From contig CAVYRJ010000008.1 of assembly GCA_963770935.1 (NCBI GenBank), forward strand, positions 224,001 to 288,000: a stretch of DNA of 64,000 nucleotides, written 5' to 3'. The stretch's first letter is position 1; every line of letters starts with the position of its first letter. Made by a program: the position numbers and the translations under genes. This document shows, in pieces, positions 10,727-19,635 of the stretch. The notes under the pieces were generated by a model, which saw only the letters and a list, made by a program, of their open reading frames with translations, did not search any database and was not told where the DNA came from. The DNA comes from Candidatus Bathyarchaeota archaeon (GTDB lineage Archaea > Thermoproteota > Bathyarchaeia > Bathyarchaeales > Bathycorpusculaceae).

Positions 10727-13501
10727 TTATGGTCGTTTTCTTAAAGCTAAGACTATTACGACTGTCGCTATTACGATTGCAGCAATAATGCCAATCGACA
10801 TGGGCATAAAGTACATGTCAGCAAGCGTTAGGGGTTGGGTCGTTGTTGGCGTAGCAGTAGCATCTGGCGCTTCCTCTACAGTTAGGAATGTTGATGAGGA
10901 TGATCCATAGTATGCTTTGGAACCTGCGAAAGTTGCGAGTATTTGGTAATCACCTGATACCTCTGGAACGAACGAGAGTCCGTAGTTGCCGTTTATGTCA
11001 CTTGTTGTTTTACCGAGAGTAACATAGTTGCCGTTTGGATCAATAGCATTTAACTCTACTTCGACGCCTTTGGCATTTGTGGGCTCACCTTGCCCCATAA
11101 ACTTGTATTCCATCCATTCTTGCATGTCTTCATCAGAAATCGCTGGTGTATCCTTCAGAGTAAATTGCATCAAATTGTTAACATTGCGTCTGCCCGTGGG
11201 TGTTTGATCAGTGACTGTTCCTTCTATTACTACGCTGCTTCCGTGAACTGAAATCTTTGGTGATGCTGTGACTGTGGTAGCGCTTGGACCTTTACCGAAA
11301 GCGTATACTTGGCCGTCGTACAAGTTCCATGCTGTTAAGATGCCGTCTGCGAATTTAATGCCTGAACCCCAGAAGAGTATCTTCCAGATTAGTTCACCTG
11401 TAGTTATGTTGAAGCATTTCAAGCCAGGTGTGCGCCATAGGGGCGAAGAAGGCGAGTGTTCACTGACACTGGTGTAGAGTTTTCCATCGCAAACAGAGAA
11501 TCCTCGTGCTAAGTCATTGCCATAGGGGGAATCTGTGCCTTCGGCTGGAGAGGTGACTTGCCATATGACTTTTCCAGTCCTCGCTTCGTAAGCCGTATTG
11601 ACTCCAGAGTGTTGACCGCCTGTTATGATCATGTCATCGTAGAACAATGTTTGGAAGCCGTAGTAGCTAAATTGGGGCTCAGCTAAGCGGTCGCCTTGCC
11701 AAAGCTTCTGTCCTGTTTTCATATCGTAAACAATGGGGTTTATCAGCTCTGTTTCACTGCTAAAGACGAATACTTCTTGCTCTGGAAACACACCTACAAA
11801 GCCTATAGGTTGGTACCATTCCGTTGATGAAAATGGCGGGGTAAATGTTGTCTCCCAAAGTTTTTGACCTTCTTTTCCTCGTTCCAGACTAACACCCATT
11901 GCCCAGCCCTGAACAATCCCTTGTTCGTTGTTTTGGCCTGTTGTTCCAAAGATTATGTATTCGCCTTCACGGACCGCCCAGATAGATGCCGTTTCATTAA
12001 GTATAGAGTTTCTTGGACGAATTATGTTTGGCATAGAAACATTCAATGACCACATTAGATTTCCGTCATGTATGATGTCTGCACCGACAGCACCGAAATA
12101 TGATTCATAGGCGCCAGAGCCGGAGCCTCCTGAGGGACGCCATTGCCAAGCGCCTGTTCCATTTTGACTAGCAACCATGGTTCCTGCAGATGAGTTCCAG
12201 ATTGTCAGATAATAGTTGGGAGTTGTGGTGGTTCCTCTGTTGACGGCGTTGTAGTACAGTATGTCTCCGTTTTTAGCGTAGACGTTTGTGCCAGTGGCAG
12301 AGACGTTGGCTATATAGCAAATTGTTTTTCCTGTGTACGCATCAAGTAATTCTCTAAGAGTCCCAGTGACTACCGACGATCTATTTACGACAACGTTTTC
12401 TGCTAATCGCCGCGGTAAGGTCCCGGGGCCTAAGTATTCTACTTTAGCTACACGCAGTGATTCTGGCAATACTATGTTGGATGTTTTCCATAGGTATAGA
12501 TTGAGTCCGTGCTCGTTACCAGTGTCATACCAGTAGATCTGGCCAAAGCTTGGCTTGGTTCCGTTTGGATCATAGAATAGCTGTTCGCCTGTATACAGAT
12601 CCCAAATCGCATAGCCCCCGCTGGTATCATGTACTGTTTTTATTGGAGTAACATGTATTTTACCATCAAGTATAGGGTCTGCACTGTAGCCAACTGCTTG
12701 GTAGCCACCATAGCGATTGCCTAATGAGCCAAATCGTTCATCACCGATTGTTCCTGAAGGATAATGTTGGCGTGTCCACAGTATGTGAGGCGATTCCGGT
12801 GCTGTCCCGTAACCATAGTTTGAGGTTACGCCACCTGCACCACCTTGAGGCCATACGTTTGCGGCGCCGCCCAGCCAGTTTGCAGCAAGCTCAAACCACG
12901 TATTAGCTGCACCAGTGATGGGGCGCATCCAGTAATCAGTTGGTAGAGGAGGATTAGGCCATTGGGATACAGGTTCCGATTTTACGGTGAAGTTTGCTGG
13001 CATGCTTGTGGAGGGTTTGTGATAGTAGGCTCCTGCTGGCATTGTCCTGAAACCAGTAGATCCATATGGAATCGGCGCAGTTCGGTTTTTCCAGTTCCCA
13101 GGAAAATCAGCTATCAACAGAATAAACTCCAACTTCAGTAGGCGTATACATGTAATATCCGGCACCCACTGGATCAGTTCGTCCCATCGTGAATGTTTCG
13201 TTGGTTCCGTCAGGTTTTGTGATTGTCAGCTTTATGCCATCATATCCTTCTCTTCGTCCTCCGGTTCCACTAATTGGATCATCGTTGGCTGGCATTGGCA
13301 TACGATCAATAAAGTAGACAATAGACATTGCTTGGCCCACACCTGAAACTGGCGTAGGAGAGACGTAAATATTGGTCACGTAATTCGTTACAGGTAGCTG
13401 AGCATTGATTGTTGGCAAAGCAACAAATGAAGCAGCAATAGCAAACGATTAGAAATAACGAAATCAAATAATTTTTAGTCTTCTTTTTTAGCAAATTTCA
13501 T
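10727..13501 (-). CDS. PQQ-like beta-propeller cell-surface protein with signal peptide and C-terminal TM anchor; two frameshifts near the N-terminus
   Basis: Three consecutive ORFs (13306-13494, 13107-13418, 10727-13165); repeated 'D..TG..LW' blade motifs, PESPHILWT, GQVYAFGKGPSATTV, TM plus RKRP tail. Confidence 0.85.
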
Positions 13502-13527
13502 TTTTTTTCTTTCCCATAATTTTACGC

Positions 13528-13561
13528 TGACAAGGCAAGCTTTTGAGTGTTTGCTTTGTCA
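13528..13561. promoter_or_regulatory. 13-bp imperfect inverted repeat between the putative TATA box and the start of the PQQ surface-protein gene
   Basis: TGACAAGGCAAGC-N8-GTTTGCTTTGTCA, with an AT-rich TATA-like tract near 13587-13598. Confidence 0.45.
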
Positions 13562-13728
13562 ACAAAAAGACGTTATCTGTGCTAGAATATATATTAAATT
13601 AATTGATTGTGCGTGTTTAGTTACGAGCCATGGATTTTATTTTACTTTTAGTTTCAAAAAAAGTTATTGTCCATTCACCATTTTCGAATTTTGTGAATTT
13701 TGCTTTTGGTTTTTATTTCTTTTAGTAC

Positions 13729-13766
13729 GATTGTTGCTACTGGTGCTAAGGAAGCGAGTTGCAGCA
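13729..13766 (-). repeat. Degenerate repeat, copy 2 (inverted relative to 9301-9337)
   Basis: GATTGTTGCTACTGGTGCTAAGGAAGCGAGTTGCAGCA. Confidence 0.55.
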
Positions 13767-14190
13767 GAACAACAACGATAACTTTGTTACCTTGTTGATT
13801 TAAGCTGTTTTTCAAAAAGGTGCTCGTCATTTACTTTTTTGAAAATCACCGGGAGCCTCAGTTGCAACTTTTAAGAAAAACCAAAAATCATCACCTAAAA
13901 AAGCAATGCAAATCTTCTAAGAACCGCCAAATTTAGGTTCACTTCAAATATCCTGAAAAACAGCTAAATACACACAATTGTTTTTGACACCACAACGGTG
14001 GCTACATAATGATTTTGACATGTAATAGTTATCGTTCATTTAAGAAAATGCACAATAACTTCTCCACATTTGAAGATTGAAAAGAAAGAAAATGGAAATT
14101 TGCGAGGGTGACATGGCTATTTTTATGCGAAAAGTTTAAGGGTAAATGTTTGTTTTAGGTTGCGAGTATTCTATCTTTGAGGTTTGTGGT

Positions 14191-14742
14191 TTGAGCACCA
14201 AAATGGAAACAATCGAAGAACGGAAAGCGGAAGTTCTAATAAAACTTAGAAAATACAAGCTTATCGAGAAAGAAAAGTTTGAAGGCGCATACGCCTACAT
14301 CATCGATATTCCACAGGATAAAGAGAAAGCAATTGTTTGGTGCATCCTAGGCGAAGCCACCGTCGGCATCGCAGCCATGAACACTCTCTACAAGATTATG
14401 AAGGAAAAAGACCTCGACCGGGCCATTGTAGTCACCGAAGGACGCTACACCCACGCCGTCAAACTAGGCGCCAAGAAGAAGAAGGTGGAGTTACTTCCCA
14501 AATCGTTCCCTGTGTTTGACATCTTCGAGCATGCACTGGTCCCATTCCACGAAATCCTAACTGAAAAAGAAAAGAATGCACTATTGACACAGTTCAAAGT
14601 TAAACCCTACCAGATGCCGCAGATAAAATCAGGCGACCCAGCGGTCAAAGCGATAGGTGCCAAACCAGGCGACGTGCTAAAAATCACAAGAAAAAGCACA
14701 ACAGCAGGCGAACACGTAACATACAGGTACGTAGTAGAATAA
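14191..14742 (+). CDS. rpo5: RNA polymerase subunit Rpo5/H with an additional N-terminal RPB5-like jaw domain
   Basis: C-terminal [10 protein letters not shown]...[30 protein letters not shown]....YRYV is the Rpo5/RPB5 signature; ~100-aa N-terminal extension; GAGGT upstream of TTG 14191. Confidence 0.9.
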   Translation: MSTKMETIEERKAEVLIKLRKYKLIEKEKFEGAYAYIIDIPQDKEKAIVWCILGEATVGIAAMNTLYKIMKEKDLDRAIVVTEGRYTHAVKLGAKKKKVELLPKSFPVFDIFEHALVPFHEILTEKEKNALLTQFKVKPYQMPQIKSGDPAVKAIGAKPGDVLKITRKSTTAGEHVTYRYVVE

Positions 14743-14755
14743 AAAAATAAAATTT

Positions 14756-15313
14756 TTATTTTGCAATCATGATTTCTGTTGATTTCACGATTGCAGACAC
14801 TTCATCGCCTACTTTTATATCTAATTCTTCAATCGCTTCTTTTGTTATGACTGCTGTAATAGTTACTGGCATCTTGATTTCAACTTTAACTTTCCCGGTT
14901 ATGACGCCTTTTTCAACCGCTACAACTTTTCCTTTAAATTGGTTTCGTGCACTTAACTTCAAACCTTTCACCTCCAAACTGACCTGACCAGATAAAACCT
15001 TATCCAAATAATTCTCCGCTTGCTTATACTCCCCGAGCAAATTCTTGCCCAAATCAGTCAGTTTTGCGCCGCCTCCGCCAGATTTTCCGCCCTTGTAGGT
15101 TTCCACAATCTGTTCCTCCATAACGGTTTGGATTTCCTGTATGTAGTTCCAAACGTAGCGGTAAGACATCCCTAGTGTTTCTGCAGCTTTAGAAATCGAG
15201 TTTTCTTTGTCTATGGCTTCTAGAATTTCTGCTCCGCCCTTGCCGATTAAGGGTTTTCCTTTGTATTCTATCCAGGCTTTGCATGAGAGTGTGTGTTTTT
15301 TATTTGTTAACAA
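14756..15313 (-). CDS. modE: ModE-family molybdate/tungstate-responsive regulator (wHTH + TOBE/Mop)
   Basis: LEAIDKENSISKAAETLGMSYRYVW...GGKSGGGAKLT; Mop motif LSARNQFKGKV...ITAVIT..AIEELDIKVGDEVSAIVKS. Confidence 0.9.
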   Translation of the reverse strand: MLTNKKHTLSCKAWIEYKGKPLIGKGGAEILEAIDKENSISKAAETLGMSYRYVWNYIQEIQTVMEEQIVETYKGGKSGGGGAKLTDLGKNLLGEYKQAENYLDKVLSGQVSLEVKGLKLSARNQFKGKVVAVEKGVITGKVKVEIKMPVTITAVITKEAIEELDIKVGDEVSAIVKSTEIMIAK

Positions 15314-15353
15314 TTTGTCTAAAACTATTTGCGATAAGGTTTATAAGGTTAAT

Positions 15354-15375
15354 GATATGTATCTCAAAACATATC
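15354..15375. promoter_or_regulatory. ModE operator immediately downstream of the tupA TATA box
   Basis: Perfect dyad GATATGT-N8-ACATATC, resembling the ModE consensus TATAT-N7/8-TAYAT; TTTATAA at ~15340-15346; lies between divergent modE and tupA. Confidence 0.78.
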
Positions 15376-15385
15376 GGTGTTTAAA

Positions 15386-16399
15386 ATGCAAACATGGCAA
15401 AAACTAATTGTAGTAGCAGCCCTCGCAACCATAATCGTAATCGCAGGCACAATGGTCTACTTCAACCAAGTGGCAAAAAAACGCCTAATAATATCTACAA
15501 CCACAAGCCTCTATGACACAGGATTACTCGACCAGCTAGAAAAAGAGTATGAAAGTAAACATTCATCAGTAGACATAAATATAATATCTGCAGGAACCGG
15601 AATAGCAATACAACATGCCCAAAATGGAGATGCTGACCTTATCCTCGTGCATGCACCGGCACAAGAGTTAACTTTCCTTGAGCAAGGCTGGGGACTCAAT
15701 CGCAAAATAATAGCTTACAACTACTTCACAGTCGTGGGACCAGACAACGATCCTGCAAGCATAGAAGGCAAAACAACAAACGCAGCCTTAAGAAGCATCG
15801 CAAACTTCGGCGGGAACCTAACTGACCAATCAGGGCAAACCAAAATATTCGTCTCCAGAGGAGACAACTCCGGAACACACAGTAAAGAGCAAAGCCTATG
15901 GAAAGCAGCAGGCTACAACTATACAGAAATCTCAGCGCAACCTTGGTATGCAAGCGTTGGGCAAGGCATGGGCGCAACTTTAACGGTAGCTGACGAAAAG
16001 GATGCTTACACATTGTCAGACATAGGAACGTTCCTTAAGTTTGAGAAAGACGCCACCATATCTTCAGTTGCTCTCTTAACAGAGGAAAAATCTCTTCTCA
16101 ACGTCTACAGTGCAATGGCAGTAAACCAAACGGTACCAGCCAACCAAACTATTCACGACAAGATAAATTACGTTGACGCGATGGATTTTATAAAATTCTT
16201 AGCCTCGCCTGAAACTCAACAGTTCATCGAAGACTACGGCAAAGCAGACTATGGACAAAGCCTATTCTATGGTGCAGTGCAACCATTAAAAAACAATGCG
16301 CCCCAACCAATTGTTGGGTGGATACAAAGCGCCGCGTTCTTTGACAGTTCCGAATGTCCTCCACAATACAGAAACGGCTACTCAGAGCTCTACACTTAG
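15386..16399 (+). CDS. tupA: Tungstate ABC transporter substrate-binding protein
   Basis: STTTSLYDTGLL, GTGIAI, DLILVHAP, SRGDNSGTH.KE, GQGMG, LLNVYS; N-terminal TM. Confidence 0.92.
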   Translation: MQTWQKLIVVAALATIIVIAGTMVYFNQVAKKRLIISTTTSLYDTGLLDQLEKEYESKHSSVDINIISAGTGIAIQHAQNGDADLILVHAPAQELTFLEQGWGLNRKIIAYNYFTVVGPDNDPASIEGKTTNAALRSIANFGGNLTDQSGQTKIFVSRGDNSGTHSKEQSLWKAAGYNYTEISAQPWYASVGQGMGATLTVADEKDAYTLSDIGTFLKFEKDATISSVALLTEEKSLLNVYSAMAVNQTVPANQTIHDKINYVDAMDFIKFLASPETQQFIEDYGKADYGQSLFYGAVQPLKNNAPQPIVGWIQSAAFFDSSECPPQYRNGYSELYT

Positions 16400-16411
16400 A
16401 GGACAATAATA

Positions 16412-17131
16412 TTGGTTGACATAGTCAGTGGAATGGCCGAAGCTGGGCGGTTAATATTAGAAGGCGACCCAACGCTTTATGGAATCGTCTTCCGCTCTCT
16501 CCTTTTTTCTGGAGTAGCAGTAATTTTAGCTGCACTTTGGGGAACACCCATTGCTATGGTAATAAGCCTAAAAATTTTCAAAGGAAAAACAATCGTTAAA
16601 GGCTTCTTTACTTCATTGATTGGTATACCAACGGTTGTATTAGGTTTAGTATTGTTTCTTCTTTTCTCGAGAAGTGGTCCTCTGGGTTTTCTAGGGCTAC
16701 TCTACTCTCCAAGTGGCATAATAATTGGCGAAGCTATACTTGTAACACCTATACTAATCAGCATAATGATAACATCTATAGAAGCAGTCGATCCAGAAAT
16801 AATGAACCTAGCAAAAACATTAGGTGCTTCAGAATCGCAAGCAGCAATCGCAGTTTTGAAAGAAGCTCTTAACGGTGTTTTACTGTCAAACATTGCGAGC
16901 TTCAACCGAGCAATCGCCGAGTTAGGGGTAGCGTTGATGGTAGGTGGAAACATTGCTGATTTAACTGATGTTTTAACCACGGCTATTTCGAGATATACTC
17001 AAATTGGCGATTTTGGTTATGCCATAGCTTTAGGAATATTTTTAATGGCAATAATTTTCTTGATAAACACGCTCATAATTGTGGCTCGAAAAGCAAAGTG
17101 GTTGTACACAATATGGAGAGTCCCACAGTAA
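16412..17131 (+). CDS. tupB: Tungstate ABC transporter permease
   Basis: GIPTVVLGL...LFSRSGPLG.LGLLYSP; RAIAELGVALMVGGNI; VLTTAI. Confidence 0.9.
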   Translation: MVDIVSGMAEAGRLILEGDPTLYGIVFRSLLFSGVAVILAALWGTPIAMVISLKIFKGKTIVKGFFTSLIGIPTVVLGLVLFLLFSRSGPLGFLGLLYSPSGIIIGEAILVTPILISIMITSIEAVDPEIMNLAKTLGASESQAAIAVLKEALNGVLLSNIASFNRAIAELGVALMVGGNIADLTDVLTTAISRYTQIGDFGYAIALGIFLMAIIFLINTLIIVARKAKWLYTIWRVPQ

Positions 17132-17147
17132 TTTCGGAGCTTAAAGA

Positions 17148-18209
17148 ATGGCAACAATTGTTGAATTGAAAAATGTAACAAAAGCCTACGCAAACAAAAC
17201 TGTACTAGATAACGTTAGCCTGCAAGTCAACCAAGGAGAAATATTGGCGTTAATTGGACCGAACGGTTCAGGCAAATCAACTATACTAAAAATTATGGCT
17301 TTTCTTGAAAACATCTCAAACGGTGAAGTAAAATTCGAAAACGAAAACCTTAGCGCTAAAAATGCTGAAAAACTTCGGATGCAAAGCACTCTTGTATTTC
17401 AAAAAACAACTCTATTTGACTCTTCAGTGTATGATAATGTTGTTTATGGGTTGAAAATTAGAAAAGTTCCAAAAAATACGCATCGTGAAGCAGTAAAAGT
17501 CGCATTAAGGATAGTAAAGTTGGAGGGTTTTGAGAATCGTCCTGCAAGAAAGCTTTCAGGTGGGGAACAACAAAGAGTAGCAATAGCTCGAGCTTTAGTT
17601 TTAAAGACGAAACTTTTGCTTTTAGATGAGCCAACAGCAAACTTGGATCCAAAGAACGCGCAGATAATTGAGGATGTTATATCGACAGTAAATCATGAGT
17701 TAAAAACTACGATTGTGATGGCAACACATAACATGTTCCAAGCGAAAGCCCTGCCTACGCGCATTGCGCTAATAGAGGATGGTAAAATCACTGAAGTTGG
17801 TCTACCCGCTGATGTTTTCGGCAAGCTTTCTCGTAACCTTTCAAGTTTTGCAGCTGTTGAAAACAGGTTCTCTGGAAAAGCTCAATTGACAGCAGAGGGT
17901 ACAGCGCTTGTGGACATTGGCAATGGTGTTTTGGTTGAAGTTACCGCTCAAAAACAAGGCGAAATATCCATCTTTATCAGCCCACAAGATATAATATTAT
18001 GTAAAACCACCATCCACTCCAGCGCCAGAAATGAATTCAAAGGAGAAATAGTTGAAGTTGCCGATTCGGATTCAGTTGTTAAGCTTAAGGTGGATGTTGG
18101 CAAGGTTTTTGCTGTTCAAATAACTAAGAAATCTTTCAAGGAAATGGAACTTAATTTAGGCTCAGATGTTTATATTGCATTTAAGGCTTCAAGTGTTAAT
18201 GTTTTTTAG
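17148..18209 (+). CDS. tupC: Tungstate ABC transporter ATP-binding protein with C-terminal TOBE
   Basis: GPNGSGKST, LSGGEQQR, LLLDEPTANLD, SARNEFKG. Confidence 0.9.
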   Translation: MATIVELKNVTKAYANKTVLDNVSLQVNQGEILALIGPNGSGKSTILKIMAFLENISNGEVKFENENLSAKNAEKLRMQSTLVFQKTTLFDSSVYDNVVYGLKIRKVPKNTHREAVKVALRIVKLEGFENRPARKLSGGEQQRVAIARALVLKTKLLLLDEPTANLDPKNAQIIEDVISTVNHELKTTIVMATHNMFQAKALPTRIALIEDGKITEVGLPADVFGKLSRNLSSFAAVENRFSGKAQLTAEGTALVDIGNGVLVEVTAQKQGEISIFISPQDIILCKTTIHSSARNEFKGEIVEVADSDSVVKLKVDVGKVFAVQITKKSFKEMELNLGSDVYIAFKASSVNVF

Positions 18210-18211
18210 GT

Positions 18212-18430
18212 TCAAGATTTCAGCTCAGGTTTCAATTCACCGAGAATAACAATTGCTTCACCAAGCGGCATCCCCAACCGCTGCGCAAGTTCAATAGCGG
18301 AAATATCCGATTTCTGCGGCAATATGCTGTTGCGGGTGTATGCTTTGTGAGTTGGATACATTACGGAGGCATGGACGGCTTCTACAAGTAAATGCCAAAG
18401 TTTCTCTTTAGTGTATTCATCCAAGTTCAT
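18212..18430 (-). CDS. Small hypothetical protein (possible HTH-like C-terminus)
   Basis: 72-aa ORF convergent with tupC; ISAIELAQRLGMPLGEAIVIL. Confidence 0.55.
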   Translation of the reverse strand: MNLDEYTKEKLWHLLVEAVHASVMYPTHKAYTRNSILPQKSDISAIELAQRLGMPLGEAIVILGELKPELKS

Positions 18431-18479
18431 AGGTAACAACCATTTGATATACTGAAATGGGTTATTAGTCTACCGCAAG

Positions 18480-18873
18480 CTACGGTAGACGTCGTTATAA
18501 ACGCTGGAAAGGAAGACGTACCCAAAGCTGTCAAACAACTAATTAAGCTGGTTCTGATTTTGTGATTGAAGCAGCAGGAACCAAAGCGACAGTTGAGCAG
18601 ACACCTTTTTGGTGCGGAAAGCGGGCAAAGTCGCGTTAGTGGGAGAGTCTGAAGGTTATTTGAATTTGGGAGATGCTGAAGAAGCCCAGTTCCTCACGAT
18701 TTACCTTTCACCCGTTGAGTATCCAGAGGCAGTTGAGCTAATTGCGCGAAAACTCGTGGACGTAAAAGGACTAATAACGCACAGGTTCAAACTTGCCGAG
18801 TTTGAGAAGGCATTGAAGACGGCGGATAATCAATCGGAAAACCTCTGAAAGTAGTTATAACACAACAAATAGT
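18480..18873 (+). pseudogene. C-terminal remnant of a Zn-binding (MDR) dehydrogenase
   Basis: VDVVINAGKED...DFVIEAAGT...GKVALVG...LITHRFKLAEFEKAL...KVVIT read across a frameshift and a stop; no room for the N-terminal catalytic half. Confidence 0.7.
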
Positions 18874-18958
18874 CCTCAAGATGGTTAACCACAAGGTATA
18901 TTTCTGTTAGAGAAGTGTTAACCCCAAACCACCCTATGTATAACGGAGCTTAACAGTT

Positions 18959-19633
18959 TTGGCAATAGAAGCGGTAATTTTCGATTTAGATGGAACACTC
19001 GCCCATTTCAACTTAGACTACAAGGCTTTGCGATCTGAAGTCAGAACCTACCTGATGAGCAAGCGCGTTCCTGCATCTGTTCTCGACGTTAACGAGAGCA
19101 TATTTGAGATGTTAAAAAAAGCCGAGATTTTTGTTAAAAATAATTCGAAATCCCCGGAAGCTTTTGTCGAAGTTCGCACACAAGCGTTAGGTATTGCCGA
19201 GAAATACGAGATGGAAGCCGCCACAACCACGAACCTGCTTGCTGGAGCAGTTGAAACACTCAAAGAATTGCAGAAGATGAACCTGAAATTGGGTTTATGC
19301 ACAACCAGCAGCGATAAAGCAGCAAACTATATTCTGCAACGATTCAAAATTGACAGTTTCTTCAAAGTTGTTGTTCCACGAGACAAAGTGAAATATGTAA
19401 AGCCCCATACGGAACAATTTGAGGTAGCGCTTAAAACACTAGGTGTTCACGCGAAAACCGCGCTAATAGTTGGTGACAGCATTGTTGACATGCAGAGCGC
19501 TAAAGAACTAAAAGCCATAGCTATCGGGTTGCCCACCGGCTTAACCACAACAGAGCAATTGATGAGTAACGGAGCAAACTACATCATAACCTCATTAACT
19601 GACTTGCCACTTCTAGTAAAGAAAATAAAATAA
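18959..19633 (+). CDS. HAD-family hydrolase (phosphoglycolate phosphatase-like)
   Basis: IFDLDGTL, LCTTS, KPH, IVGDSIVD. Confidence 0.88.
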   Translation: MAIEAVIFDLDGTLAHFNLDYKALRSEVRTYLMSKRVPASVLDVNESIFEMLKKAEIFVKNNSKSPEAFVEVRTQALGIAEKYEMEAATTTNLLAGAVETLKELQKMNLKLGLCTTSSDKAANYILQRFKIDSFFKVVVPRDKVKYVKPHTEQFEVALKTLGVHAKTALIVGDSIVDMQSAKELKAIAIGLPTGLTTTEQLMSNGANYIITSLTDLPLLVKKIK

Positions 19634-19635
19634 GA

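Noticed and set aside
13551-13781. 76-aa plus-strand ORF, and similarly 48658-48900 and 62138-62377
   Set aside because: Phe-rich translations of AT-rich intergenic or promoter DNA with no recognisable motifs.
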